Shown here: positions 29,901 to 45,297 of the stretch, piece after piece
How positions within the stretch are numbered: position 1 is the stretch's first letter
Layout of the letters: each line of letters starts with the position of its first letter
Source: the human T2T-CHM13v2.0 reference genome, Homo sapiens
Direction: 5' to 3' (one strand)
DNA length: 64,000 nt
NCBI RefSeq assembly: GCF_009914755.1
Contig: NC_060940.1
Program-made: the position numbers and the translations under genes
Notes under the pieces: model-generated
Database searches by the model: none
Seen by the model: the letters and a program-made list of their open reading frames with translations, nothing else
Told to the model about the DNA's origin: nothing

Positions 29901-32900
29901 TCCGTTCCAAGATGATTCCATTCTAGCCCATTCAATCATTCCATTCGATTCTATTCAATGATGATTCCATTCATGTCGATTTGGTGATTCCATTTGACTT
30001 CATTTGATGATGATTCCTTTCAAGTTCATTAGATGATTCCATTCGATTCCATTTGATGATGATCCCATTCGAGTCCATTCAGTGATTCCATTCGTTTCCA
30101 TTCCATGATGATTCCATTCCTTTCCATTCAATGATTCCATTCGATTCCGTTTGATGATGATTTCATTCGAGTCCATTTGATGATTCCATTTGATTCCATT
30201 CGATGATGATTCCATTCGAGTCCATTCGATGATTCTATTCGAATCCATTTGATGATTTCTTTTGATTATATTTGGTGATGATTCCATTGGAGTCCATTCA
30301 ATGATTCCATTCTATTCCAATCGATGATGATTCCATTAGAGTCCATTTAATGATTCCATTTGATTCCAGTCTCTGATGATTACATTCGAGTCCATACGAT
30401 GATTCCACTCAATTCCATATGACGATGATTCCATTTGATTCCATTCGGTGATTCCATTCTATTCTATTCAATGGTGATTCCATTCGAGTACATTAGATGA
30501 TTCCATTCGTTTCCATTCAATGATGATTCTATTTGTGTCCCTTAGATGATTCCACATGATTCCATTAGATGATGATACTATTTGAGCCCATCCAATGATT
30601 CCCTTCGATTCCATTCGATGAGGATTCCATTCGATTCAATTCATTGGTGATTCTATTCAATTCAATTCTTTGATTCCATTCCATTCCATTCGACAATGAT
30701 TCCATTCGATTTCTTTCGATGATTCCACTCGATTCCACTTGACATTGATTCCATTCGATTCCATTCGTTGATTCCATTTGATTCCAGTGGGTGATGATTG
30801 CCATCGATTCCATTCGATCACTCCATTCTATTCCATTTGATGATGATTACATTCGATTCCATTTGATGATTCCATCTGATTCTATTCGAGGATTCCATTT
30901 GATTCCATTCGATGATGATTCCATTCGAGTCCATTCGATGATTTCATTCGAGTACATCCAATGATTCCATTCGAGTCCATTAGATGATTCCATTTGATTC
31001 CATTTGAAAATGATTCTACTAGAGTCCATTCAATGACTCCATTCGAGTCCATTCAACAATTCCATTCGACTCCATTCGATGATTCCATTCGATTCCATTT
31101 CATGGTTCCATTCGAGTCCATTTAATCATTACAGTCGAGTCCATTTGGTGATTCCACTGGATTTCTTTTGATAATGATACCATTCAATTGCATTTGATGA
31201 TGATCCCATTCAATTTCATTTGATGATGATTCCATTAGAGTCCATTCGATGATTTCATTCGAGTCCCTTCATTGATTCCATCCGATTTCATTGGATGATG
31301 ACTCCATTCGAGTCCATTCGATGTTTCCACTCGATTCCATTAGATGACTCCATTGGAGTCCATTTGATTGTTCCATTCGATTCCATTCGATTCCTTTCAA
31401 AGATTATTCCATTTGAGTCCATTCGATGATGATTCCATTCCATTCCATTCGATGATTCCGTTTGATTCCATTCGATGATTCCCTTCGATTCCTTTCTTTG
31501 ATGATTCCATTCCATTCCATTCAATGATTCCATTCGAATCTATTCCATGATGATTCCTTTCGATTCCATTCGCTGATGTTTCCGTTCAATTCCATTCGAT
31601 GATGATTCCATTCGATTCCATTCATTGAGGATTCCATTTGATTCCATTCAATGATGATTCCATTCTATTCCATTCAATGATTGCATTCAATTCCATTCAA
31701 TGATTATCCCATTAGAGTAAACTCAACGATTCCATTCAATACCATTCGATGATGATTCCTTTTGAGTCCATTCAATGATTTCATTCAAGTCCATTTGATG
31801 ATTCCTTTCAATTCCATTCTATGATGATTCCATTCGAGTCCATTCGATGATTCCATTCGATTGCATTCGATGATTCCATTATATTCCATTCAACGGTGAT
31901 TCCATTCGAGTCCATTCCATGATTCCATTAGAGTACATTTAATGATTGCTTTGTTTTCAATTCGAAGATGATTACATTGGATTCCATTCTATGATACCAT
32001 TCGATTCCATTCAATGATGATTCCACTCAAATCCATTGGATGATTCCATTCGTGTCCATTCGGTGATTTCATTAGATTCCATTCGAGGATGATTCCATTC
32101 GATTCCATTCGATGATTCCATTCAATTCCATTCGATGATGATTCCATTCCAGTCCATATGATCATTCCATTTGATTTCATTCGATGATGATTCCATTCGA
32201 TTCGATTCGACGATTCCATTCTATTCCATTCGATGATGATTCCATTCGAGTCCATTCGATCATTCCATTCGAGTCCATTTAATGATTCCATTGGGTTCAA
32301 TTCAATGATGATTACATTGGATTCCGTTCTATGATTCCATTCAATTCCGTTCATTGACAATTTGATTCCATTCGATGATGATTCCATTTGAGTTCATTCG
32401 ATGATTCTATTCGATTCTCTTCGATGGTGATTCAATTCTATTATATTGGATGATTCCATTCGATTCCATTTGATGTTGATTCAATTCGATTCTATTCGAT
32501 GATGATTCCATTGGATTTCACTTGATGATTCTATTCGATTCCATTCAATGATGATTCACTTCTCGTCCATTGGATGATTCCATTTCATTCCATTCGATGA
32601 TGATTCCATTCGATTCCATTCGATGATTCCATTTGATTCCATGCGACGGTGAGCAATTCGATTCAATTCCATGATGATTCTATTTGATTCAATTAGATGA
32701 TGTTTCCATTCGAATCCATTCCATGATTATTCCATTGGAATCCATTTGGCGATGATTCCATATGAGTCAATTCAATGATGATTCCATATGGGTCCGTTCG
32801 ATGATAATTCCATTTGATTTCATTCGATGCTTCTATTCTATTCCAGTCGATGATGATTCCGTTGGAGTCCATACGATGATTCCATTTGATTTCATTTGAT

Positions 32901-33073
32901 GATGATTCCATTCGATGATGATTACATTGGATTCCATTCTATGATTCCATTCAATTCCATTCGTTGATGATTCGATTCCATTCAATGATGATTCCATTTG
33001 AGTTCATTCGATGATTCTATTCGATTCCGTTCGATGGTGATTCAATTCTATTATATTGGATGATTCCACTCGA
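26988..33073 (+). repeat. 6086-bp unit 6 (26-bp deletion)
   Basis: At about 29710, ttctatgatg joins atttcattcgg directly, lacking attacattggattccattcgttgatg (26 bp). Confidence 0.93.
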
Positions 33074-36000
33074 TTCCATTTGATGATTATTCCATTGGAG
33101 TCCACTTAGTGAATCCTTTAGATTCTACTCGACGATGATTCCATTCGAGTCCATTCGATGATACCATTCAATTCCATTCGTTGATGCTTCCATTCAAGTG
33201 CATTCGATGATATCATTCGATTCCATTTGATGATAATTCCATTTGATTCCATGCGATGATTCTATTCGATTCCATTCAATGATAATTCCATTCAATTCAG
33301 TGATTCCTCTGGACTCCATTTGATGATGATTCCATTCAATGATTCCATTCGATTCTATTCGAAAATGATTCCATTTGAATCCATTTGATGATGATTCCAT
33401 TAGATTCCATTTGATGATTCCATTCGATTCCATTCGACGATGATTCCATTCGATTCCGTTTGATGATTCCATTCTATTCTATTCGATGATGATTCCATTC
33501 GATTCCATTCGATGATGATTGGATTCGATTCCATTGGATGATTTCATTTGATTCCATTCGTTAATGATTTCGATCAATTCCATTCGATGATTCCATTCGA
33601 TTCCATTCGATAATGATTACATCCGAGTCCATTCGATGATTCCCTTTGAGCCTGTTCGATAATTCCATTTGAGTCCAACCAATGATTCCATTCATTTCCA
33701 TTCAATGATTCCATTCGAGTCCATTTGATCATTCCGGTAGGGTCCATTCGATGTTGATTCCATTGGAGTGCATTCGATGATTCCATTCGAGTCCATTTTA
33801 GGATTTGATTCGAGTCCTTTCGATGATTCCATTCGATTCCACTCGATGATGATTTCATTCGAGTCCATTCGACACTTCCAATCGATTCCATTTGATGATT
33901 CCATTCGAGTCCAATTGATGATTCCATTCAATTCCATTCGATGATGATTCCGTACGATTCCATTCTGTGATGATTCCATGTGATTGCATTCAATGATGAT
34001 TCCTTTCGATTGCATTCGATTATGATTCATTTCGTGTTCATTCTATGGTTCCACAGGTTTCCATTCGTGTCCATTCCATTATTCCATTCTATTCCATTTG
34101 ATGATGATTCCATTCGATTCCATTCATTGGTGATTCCACTCAATTCCATTCAATGATTCCATTCCATTTCTTTCAACAATGATTCCATTAGTTTCTAATC
34201 GATGATCCACTTGATTCCATTTGACGACGATTCCATTCTTGTCCATTCGATGATTCCATTTGATTCCATATGATGATGATTCCATTCGATTCCATACCAT
34301 GATGATTCCATTCGAGTCCATTCAATGGTGATTCCATTCAATTCCATTCGATGATTCCTTTTGATTCCATTCGATGATGATGGCATTCGATTCCTTTCAA
34401 TCATTCCCTTTGATTCCATTCAAAGGTGATTTCATTCAAGTCCATTCGATAATTGCATTCGATTCCATTCTATGATGATTCCATTCGAGTCCATTTGATG
34501 ATTCCATTCAATTCAAGTCAATGATGATTCCATTCGATTCCATTCGATGATTCCATTGGATTCCATTCGATGATGATTCCATTCAAATCCATTCGATAAT
34601 TCAATTCAAGTCCATTCGATGATGATTCCAATCGAATCCATTCAAAGATTCCATTCAGTTCCATTCGATGATTCCCTTAGATTCCATTCGATGATTCCAC
34701 TTGATTGCATTTACGATGATTCCATTCGATTCCATGTGATGATTCCATTCAATTCTATTCAATGATGTCTCCATTTGATTCCATTCGACCATGATTGCCT
34801 TTGATTCCATTCAATGATTCCATTCGGTTCCGTTTGATGATGATTCCGTTCGATTCCATTTGATGATTCCATTGGATTCCATTGGATGAGTCCATTCGAT
34901 TACATTCGATGATTATTCCATTCGAGTGCATTAGATGATTCCATTCGAGTCCATTCGATGATTCCATTCGATTCCATTCGATGTTGATTCTGTTCAAATC
35001 CATTCGATGATTCCACTCGATTCCATTCGTTGACTCCATTTGATCCCATTCGATGATTTCCTTTGATTCCCTTTGATGATCATTCCATTTGATTCAATTC
35101 GGTGATTTCATTTGATTCCATTCAGTGATGTTTCCATTCGACTCCATTCGATGATGATTCCATTCGACTCCATTCGATTATGATTTCATTCAATTCCATT
35201 CGATAATGATTCCCTTCGAGTCCATTCGATGATTCCATTCGATTCCATTCAACGATGATTTGATTCGTGTCCATTCGATGATTCCATTTGATTCCACTTG
35301 ATGATGATTCCATTCGAGTCCATTTGATGATTCCATTCAATTCCATACTCCGATGATTTCTTTTGAGCCCACTCAATGCTTCCACTCGATTCCATATGAT
35401 GATGACTCCATTCGATGAAATTCGATGATGATTCCATTCGCTTGCTTTCGATGATGATTCCACTTGAGTCCGTTAGAAGATTCTATTCAATTACATTCCA
35501 TGACGATTCCGTTCGAGTCCATTTGATGATTCCATTAGACTCCATTCGACGATGATTCCATTCGATGTTATTCGATGATTCCATTCGATCTCATTCGATG
35601 ATGATTCCATTCAACTCCATTCGATGTTTCCATTCGAGTTCATTCTATTATTCCATTAGATTCCATTCGATGATGATTCCATTCGATTCCATTTGATGAT
35701 TGCATTCTATTTCATTTGATGATGATTCCATTCGAGTCCACTCGATGATTCCATTCGAGTCCATTTAATGAATCCATTGGTTTCAATTCTATGATGATTA
35801 CATTGGATTCCATTCGTTGATGATTTCATTCGGTTCCATTCAATGATGATTCCATTCAATTCCTTTCAATGTTTCCATTCAATTCCATACGATGATGATT
35901 CCATTTGATTTGATTCGACAGTGAGCCATTCGATTCAATTCCATGATGATTCTATTTGATTCAATTGGTTGACATTTCCATTCGATTCCATTCGATGATG

Positions 36001-39000
36001 ATTCCCTTTGATTCCGTTCAAAGATGATTCCATTCTAGCCCATTCAATCATTCCATTCGATTCTATTCAATGATGATTACATTCATGTCGATTTGGTGAT
36101 TCCATTTGACTTCATTTGATGATGATTCCTTTCAAGTTCATTAGATGATTCCATTCGATTCCATTTGATGATGATCCCATTCGAGTCCATTCAGTGATTC
36201 CATTCGTTTCCATTCCATGATGATTCCATTCCTTTCCATTCAATGATTCCATTCGATTCCGTTTGATGATGATTTCATTCGAGTCCATTTGATGATTCCA
36301 TTTGATTCCATTCGATGATGATTCCATTCGAGTCCATTCGATGATTCTATTCGAATCCATTTGATGATTTCTTTTGATTATATTTGGTGATGATTCCATT
36401 GGAGTCCATTCAATGATTCCATTCTATTCCAATCGATGATGATTCCATTAGAGTCCATTTAATGATTCCATTTGATTCCAGTCTCTGATGATTACATTCG
36501 AGTCCATACGATGATTCCACTCAATTCCATATGATGATGATTCCATTTGATTCCATTCGGTGATTCCATTCTATTCTATTCAATGGTGATTCCATTCGAG
36601 TACATTAGATGATTCCATTCGTTTCCATTCAATGATGATTCTATTTGTGTCCCTTAGATGATTCCACATGATTCCATTAGATGATGATACTATTTGAGCC
36701 CATCCAATGATTCCCTTCGATTCCATTCGATGAGGATTCCATTCGATTCAATTCATTGGTGATTCTATTCAATTCAATTCTTTGATTCCATTCCATTCCA
36801 TTCGACAATGATTCCATTCGATTTCTTTCGATGATTCCACTCGATTCCACTTGACATTGATTCCATTCGATTCCATTCATTGATTCCATTTGATTCCAGT
36901 GGGTGATGATTGCCATCGATTCCATTCGATCACTCCATTCTATTCCATTTGATGATGATTACATTCGATTCCATTTGATGATTCCATCTGATTCTATTCG
37001 AGGATTCCATTTGATTCCATTCGATGATGATTCCATTCGAGTCCATTCGATGATTTCATTCGAGTACATCCAATGATTCCATTCGAGTCCATTAGATGAT
37101 TCCATTTGATTCCATTTGAAATTGATTCTACTAGAGTCCATTCAATGACTCCATTCGAGTCCATTCAACAATTCCATTCGACTCCATTCGATGATTCCAT
37201 TCGATTCCATTTGATGGTTCCATTCGAGTCCATTTAATCATTACAGTCGAGTCCATTTGGTGATTCCACTGGATTTCTTTTGATAATGATACCATTCAAT
37301 TGCATTTGATGATGATCCCATTCAATTTCATTTGATGATGATTCCATTAGGGTCCATTCGATGATTTCATTCGAGTCCCTTCATTGATTCCATCCGATTT
37401 CATTGGATGATGACTCCATTCGAGTCCATTCGATGATTCCACTCGATTCCATTAGATGACTCCATTGGAGTCCATTTGATTGTTCCATTCGATTCCATTC
37501 GATTCCTTTCGAAGATTATTCCATTTGAGTCCATTCGATGATGATTCCATTCCATTCCATTCGATGATTCCGTTTGATTCCATTCGATGATTCCCTTCGA
37601 TTCCTTTCTTTGATGATTCCATTCCATTCCATTCAATGATTCCATTCGAATCTATTCCATGATGATTCCTTTCGATTCCATTCGCTGATGTTTCCGTTCA
37701 ATTCCATTCGATGATGATTCCATTCGATTCCATTCATTGAGGATTCCATTTGATTCCATTCAATGATGATTCCATTCTATTCCATTCAATGATTGCATTC
37801 AATTCCATTCAATGATTATCCCATTAGAGTAAACTCAACGATTCCATTCAATACCATTCGATGATGATTCCTTTTGAGTCCATTCAATGATTTCATTCAA
37901 GTCCATTTGATGATTCCTTTCAATTCCATTCTATGATGATTCCATTCGAGTCCATTCGATGATTCCATTCGATTGCATTCGATGATTCCATTATATTCCA
38001 TTCAACGGTGATTCCATTCGAGTCCATTCCATGATTCCATTAGAGTACATTTAATGATTGCTTTGTTTTCAATTCGAAGATGATTACATTGGATTCCATT
38101 CTATGATACCATTCGATTCCATTCAATGATGATTCCACTCAAATCCATTGGATGATTCCATTCGTGTCCATTCGGTGATTTCATTAGATTCCATTCGAGG
38201 ATGATTCCATTCGATTCCATTCGATGATTCCATTCAATTCCATTCGATGATGATTCCATTCCAGTCCATATGATCATTCCATTTGATTTCATTCGATGAT
38301 GATTCCATTCGATTCGATTCGACGATTCCATTCTATTCCATTCGATGATGATTCCATTCGAGTCCATTCGATCATTCCATTCGAGTCCATTTAATGATTC
38401 CATTGGGTTCAATTCAATGATGATTACATTGGATTCCGTTCTATGATTCCATTCAATTCCGTTCATTGACAATTTGATTCCATTCGATGATGATTCCATT
38501 TGAGTTCATTCGATGATTCTATTCGATTCTCTTCGATGGTGATTCAATTCTATTATATTGGATGATTCCATTCGATTCCATTTGATGTTGATTCAATTCG
38601 ATTCTATTCGATGATGATTCCATTGGATTTCACTTGATGATTCTATTCGATTCCATTCAATGATGGTTCACTTCTCGTCCATTGGATGATTCCATTTCAT
38701 TCCATTCGATGATGATTCCATTCGATTCCATTCGATGATTCCATTTGATTCCATGCGACGGTGAGCAATTCGATTCAATTCCATGATGATTCTATTTGAT
38801 TCAATTAGATGATGTTTCCATTCGAATCCATTCCATGATTATTCCATTGGAATCCATTTGGCGATGATTCCATATGAGTCAATTCAATGATGATTCCATA
38901 TGGGTCCGTTCGATGATAATTCCATTTGATTTCATTCGATGCTTCTATTCTATTCCAGTCGATGATGATTCCGTTGGAGTCCATACGATGATTCCATTTG

Positions 39001-39185
39001 ATTTCATTTGATGATGATTCCATTCGATGATGATTACATTGGATTCCATTCTATGATTCCATTCAATTCCATTCGTTGATGATTCGATTCCATTCAATGA
39101 TGATTCCATTTGAGTTCATTCGATGATTCTATTCGATTCCGTTCGATGGTGATTCAATTCTTTTATATTGGATGATTCCACTCGA
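33074..39185 (+). repeat. 6112-bp unit 7 (B-like)
   Basis: ORF landmarks 33194 to 39306 differ by 6112; B alleles. Confidence 0.93.
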
Positions 39186-42100
39186 TTCCATTTGATGATT
39201 ATTCCATTGGAGTCCACTTAGTGAATCCTTTAGATTCTACTCGACGATGATTCCATTGGAGTCCATTCGATGATACCATTCAATTCCATTCGTTGATGCT
39301 TCCATTCAAGTGCATTCGATGATATCATTTGATTCCATTTGATGATAATTCCATTTGATTCCATGCGATGATTCTATTCGATTCCATTCAATGATAATTC
39401 CATTCAATTCAGTGATTCCTCTGGACTCCATTTGATGATGATTCCATTCAATGATTCCATTCGATTCTATTCGAAAATGATTCCATTTGAATCCATTTGA
39501 TGATGATTCCATTAGATTCCATTTGATGATTCCATTCGATTCCATTCGACGATGATTCCATTCGATTCCGTTTGATGATTCCATTCTATTCTATTCGATG
39601 ATGATTCCATTCGATTCCATTCGATGATGATTGGATTCGATTCCATTGGATGATTTCATTTGATTCCATTCGTTAATGATTTCGATCAATTCCATTCGAT
39701 GATTCCATTCGATTCCATTCGATAATGATTACATCCGAGTCCATTCGATGATTCCCTTTGAGCCTGTTCGATAATTCCATTTGAGTCCAACCAATGATTC
39801 CATTCATTTCCATTCAATGATTCCATTCGAGTCCATTTGATCATTCCGGTAGGGTCCATTCGATGTTGATTCCATTGGAGTGCATTCGATGATTCCATTC
39901 GAGTCCATTTTAGGATTTGATTCGAGTCCTTTCGATGATTCCATTCGATTCCACTCGATGATGATTTCATTCGAGTCCATTCGACACTTCCAATCGATTC
40001 CATTTGATGATTCCATTCGAGTCCAATTGATGATTCCATTCAATTCCATTCGATGATGATTCCCTACGATTCCATTCTGTGATGATTCCATGTGATTGCA
40101 TTCAATGATGATTCCTTTCGATTGCATTCGATTATGATTCATTTCGTGTTCATTCTATGGTTCCACAGGTTTCCATTCGTGTCCATTCCATTATTCCATT
40201 CTATTCCATTTGATGATGATTCCATTCGATTCCATTCATTGGTGATTCCACTCAATTCCATTCAATGATTCCATTCCATTTCTTTCAACAATGATTCCAT
40301 TAGTTTCTAATCGATGATCCACTTGATTCCATTTGACGACGATTCCATTCTTGTCCATTCGATGATTCCATTTGATTCCATATGATGATGATTCCATTCG
40401 ATTCCATACCATGATGATTCCATTCGAGTCCATTCAATGGTGATTCCATTCAATTCCATTCGATGATTCCTTTTGATTCCATTCGATGATGATGGCATTC
40501 GATTCCTTTCAATCATTCCCTTTGATTCCATTCAAAGGTGATTTCATTCAAGTCCATTCGATAATTGCATTCGATTCCATTCTATGATGATTCCATTCGA
40601 GTCCATTTGATGATTCCATTCAATTCAAGTCAATGATGATTCCATTCGATTCCATTCGATGATTCCATTGGATTCCATTCGATGATGATTCCATTCAAAT
40701 CCATTCGATAATTCAATTCAAGTCCATTCGATGATGATTCCAATCGAATCCATTCAAAGATTCCATTCAGTTCCATTCGATGATTCCCTTAGATTCCATT
40801 CGATGATTCCACTTGATTGCATTTACGATGATTCCATTCGATTCCATGTGATGATTCCATTCAATTCTATTCAATGATGTCTCCATTTGATTCCATTCGA
40901 CCATGATTGCCTTTGATTCCATTCAATGATTCCATTCGGTTCCGTTTGATGATGATTCCGTTCGATTCCATTTGATGATTCCATTTGATTCCATTGGATG
41001 AGTCCATTCGATTACATTCGATGATTATTCCATTCGAGTGCATTAGATGATTCCATTCGAGTCCATTCGATGATTCCATTCGATTCCATTCGATGTTGAT
41101 TCTGTTCAAATCCATTCGATGATTCCACTCGATTCCATTCGTTGACTCCATTTGATCCCATTCGATGATTTCCTTTGATTCCCTTTGATGATCATTCCGT
41201 TTGATTCAATTCGGTGATTTCATTTGATTCCATTCAGTGATGTTTCCATTCGACTCCATTCGATGATGATTCCATTCGACTCCATTCGATTATGATTTCA
41301 TTCAATTCCATTCGATAATGATTCCCTTCGAGTCCATTCGATGATTCCATTCGATTCCATTCAACGATGATTTGATTCGTGTCCATTCGATGATTCCATT
41401 TGATTCCACTTGATGATGATTCCATTCGAGTCCATTTGATGATTCCATTCAATTCCATACTCCGATGATTTCTTTTGAGCCCACTCAATGCTTCCACTCG
41501 ATTCCATATGATGATGACTCCATTCGATGAAATTCGATGATGATTCCATTCGCTTGCTTTCGATGATGATTCCACTTGAGTCCGTTAGAAGATTCTATTC
41601 AATTACATTCCATGACGATTCCGTTCGAGTCCATTTGATGATTCCATTAGACTCCATTCGACGATGATTCCATTCGATGTTATTCGATGATTCCATTTGA
41701 TCTCATTCGATGATGATTCCATTCAACTCCATTCGATGTTTCCATTCGAGTTCATTCTATTATTCCATTAGATTCCATTCGATGATGATTCCATTCGATT
41801 CCATTTGATGATTGCATTCTATTTCATTTGATGATGATTCCATTCGAGTCCACTCGATGATTCCATTCGAGTCCATTTAATGAATCCATTGGTTTCAATT
41901 CTATGATGATTACATTGGATTCCATTCGTTGATGATTTCATTCGGTTCCATTCAATGATGATTCCATTCAATTCCTTTCAATGTTTCCATTCAATTCCAT
42001 ACGATGATGATTCCATTTGATTTGATTCGACAGTGAGCCATTCGATTCAATTCCATGATGATTCTATTTGATTCAATTGGTTGACATTTCCATTCGATTC

Positions 42101-45100
42101 CATTCGATGATGATTCCCTTTGATTCCGTTCAAAGATGATTCCATTCTAGCCCATTCAATCATTCCATTCGATTCTATTCAATGATGATTCCATTCATGT
42201 CGATTTGGTGATTCCATTTGACTTCATTTGATGATGATTCCTTTCAAGTTCATTAGATGATTCCATTCGATTCCATTTGATGATGATCCCATTCGAGTCC
42301 ATTCAGTGATTCCATTCGTTTCCATTCCATGATGATTCCATTCCTTTCCATTCAATGATTCCATTCGATTCCGTTTGATGATGATTTCATTCGAGTCCAT
42401 TTGATGATTCCATTTGATTCCATTCGATGATGATTCCATTCGAGTCCATTCGATGATTCTATTCGAATCCATTTGATGATTTCTTTTGATTATATTTGGT
42501 GATGATTCCATTGGAGTCCATTCAATGATTCCATTCTATTCCAATCGATGATGATTCCATTAGAGTCCATTTAATGATTCCATTTGATTCCAGTCTCTGA
42601 TGATTACATTCGAGTCCATACGATGATTCCACTCAATTCCATAAGATGATGATTCCATTTGATTCCATTCGGTGATTCCATTCTATTCTATTCAATGGTG
42701 ATTCCATTCGAGTACATTAGATGATTCCATTCGATTCCATTCAATGATGATTCTATGTGTGTCCCTTAGATGATTCCAAATGATTCCATTACATGATGAT
42801 ACTATTTGAGCCCATCCAATGATTCCCTTCGATTCCATTCGATGAGGATTCCATTCGATTCAATTCATTGGTGATTCTATTCAATTCAATTCTTTGATTC
42901 CATTCCATTCCATTCGACAATGATTCCATTCGATTTCTTTCGATGATTCCACTCGATTCCACTTGACATTGATTCCATTCGATTCCATTCAATGATTCCA
43001 TTTGATTCCAGTGGATGATGATTGCCATTGATTCCATTCGATCACTCCATTCTATTCCATTTGATGATGATTACATTCGATTCCATTTGATGATTCCATC
43101 TGATTCTATTCGAGGATTCCATTTGATTCCATTCGATGATGATTCCATTCGAGTCCATTCGATGATTTCATTCCAGTACATCCAATGATTCCATTCGAGT
43201 CCATTAGATGATTCCATTTGATTCCATTTGAAAATGATTCTACTAGAGTCCATTCAATGACTCCATTCGAGTCCATTCAACAATTCCATTCGACTCCATT
43301 CGATGATTCCATTCGATTCCATTTGATGGTTCCATTCGAGTCCATTTAATCATTACAGTCGAGTCCATTTGTTGATTCCACTGGATTTCTTTTGATAATG
43401 ATACCATTCAATTACATTTGATGATGATCCCATTCAACTTCATTTGATGATGATTCCATTAGAGTCCATTCGATGATTTCATTCGAGTCCCTTCATTGAT
43501 TCCATCCGATTTCATTGGATGATGACTCCATTCGAGTCCATTCGATGATTCCACTCGATTCCATTAGATGACTCCATTGGAGTCCATTTGATTGTTCCAT
43601 TCGATTCCATTCGATTCCTTTCGAAGATTATTCCATTTGAGTCCATTCGATGATGATTCCATTCCATTCCATTCCATGATTCCGTTTGATTCCATTCGAT
43701 GATTCCCTTCGATTCCTTTCTTTGATGATTCCATTCCATTCCATTCAATGATTCCATTCGAATCTATTCCATGATGATTCCTTTCGATTCCATTCGCTGA
43801 TGTTTCCGTTCAATTCCATTCGATGATGATTCCATTCGATTCCATTCATTGAGGATTCCATTTGATTCCATTCAATGATGATTCCATTCTATTCCATTCA
43901 ATGATTGCATTCAATTCCATTCAGTGATTATCCCATTAGAGTAAACTCAACGATTCCATTCAATACCATTCGATGATGATTCCTTTTGAGTCCATTCAAT
44001 GATTTCATTCAAGTCCATTTGATGATTCCATTCAATTCCATTCTATGATGATTCCATTCGAGTCCATTCGATGATTCCATTCGATTGCATTCGATGATTC
44101 CATTATATTCCATTCAACGGTGATTCCATTCGAGTCCATTCCATGATTCCATTAGAGTACATTTAATGATTGCTTTGTTTTCAATTCGAAGATGATTACA
44201 TTGGATTCCATTCTATGATACCATTCGATTCCATTCAATGATGATTCCACTCAAATCCATTGGATGATTCCATTCGTGTCCATTCGGTGATTTCATTAGA
44301 TTCCATTCGAGGATGATTCCATTCGATTCCATTCGATGATTCCATTCAATTCCATTCGATGATGATTCCATTCCAGTCCATATGATCATTCCATTTGATT
44401 TCATTCGATGATGATTCCATTCGATTCCATTCGATGATTCCATTCTATTCCATTCGATGATGATTCAATTCGAGTCCATTCGATGATTCCATTCGAGTCC
44501 ATTTAATGATTCCATTGGGTTCAATTCAATGATGATTACATTGGATTCCGTTCTCTGATTCCATTCAATTCCGTTCATTGACAATTTGATTCCATTCGAT
44601 GATGATTCCATTTGAGTTCATTCGATGATTCTATTCGATTCTCTTCGATGGTGATTCAATTCTATTATATTGGATGATTCCATTCGATTCCATTTGATGT
44701 TGATTCAATTCGATTCTATTCGATGATGATTCCATTGGATTTCACTTGATGATTCTATTCGATTCCATTCAATGATGATTCACTTCTCGTCCATTGGATG
44801 ATTCCATTTCATTCCATTCGATGATGATTCCATTCGATTCCATTCGATGATTCCATTTGATTCCATGCGTCGGTGAGCAATTCGATTCAATTCCATGATG
44901 ATTCTATTTGATTCAATTAGATGATGTTTCCATTCGAATCCATTCCATGATTATTCCATTGGAATCCATTTGGCGATGATTCCATATGAGTCAATTCAAT
45001 GATGATTCCATATGGGTCCGTTCGATGATAATTCCATTTGATTTCATTGGATGCTTCTATTCTATTCCAGTCGATGATGATTCCGTTGGAGTCCATACGA

Positions 45101-45297
45101 TGATTACATTTGATTTCATTTGATGATGATTCCATTCGATGATGATTACATTGGATTCCATTCTATGATTCCATTCAATTCCATTCGTTGATGATTCGAT
45201 TCCATTCAATGATGATTCCATTTGAGTTCATTCGATGATTCTATTCGATTCCGTTCGATGGTGATTCAATTCTCTTATATTGGATGATTCCACTCGA
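39186..45297 (+). repeat. 6112-bp unit 8 (mosaic: B-type 5' half, A/distal-type 3' half)
   Basis: ORF landmarks 39306 to 45418 differ by 6112. ccggtAggg at about 39850, but cattaCatg at about 42790, and the ttcgattcgacg variant is absent at about 44425. Confidence 0.9.
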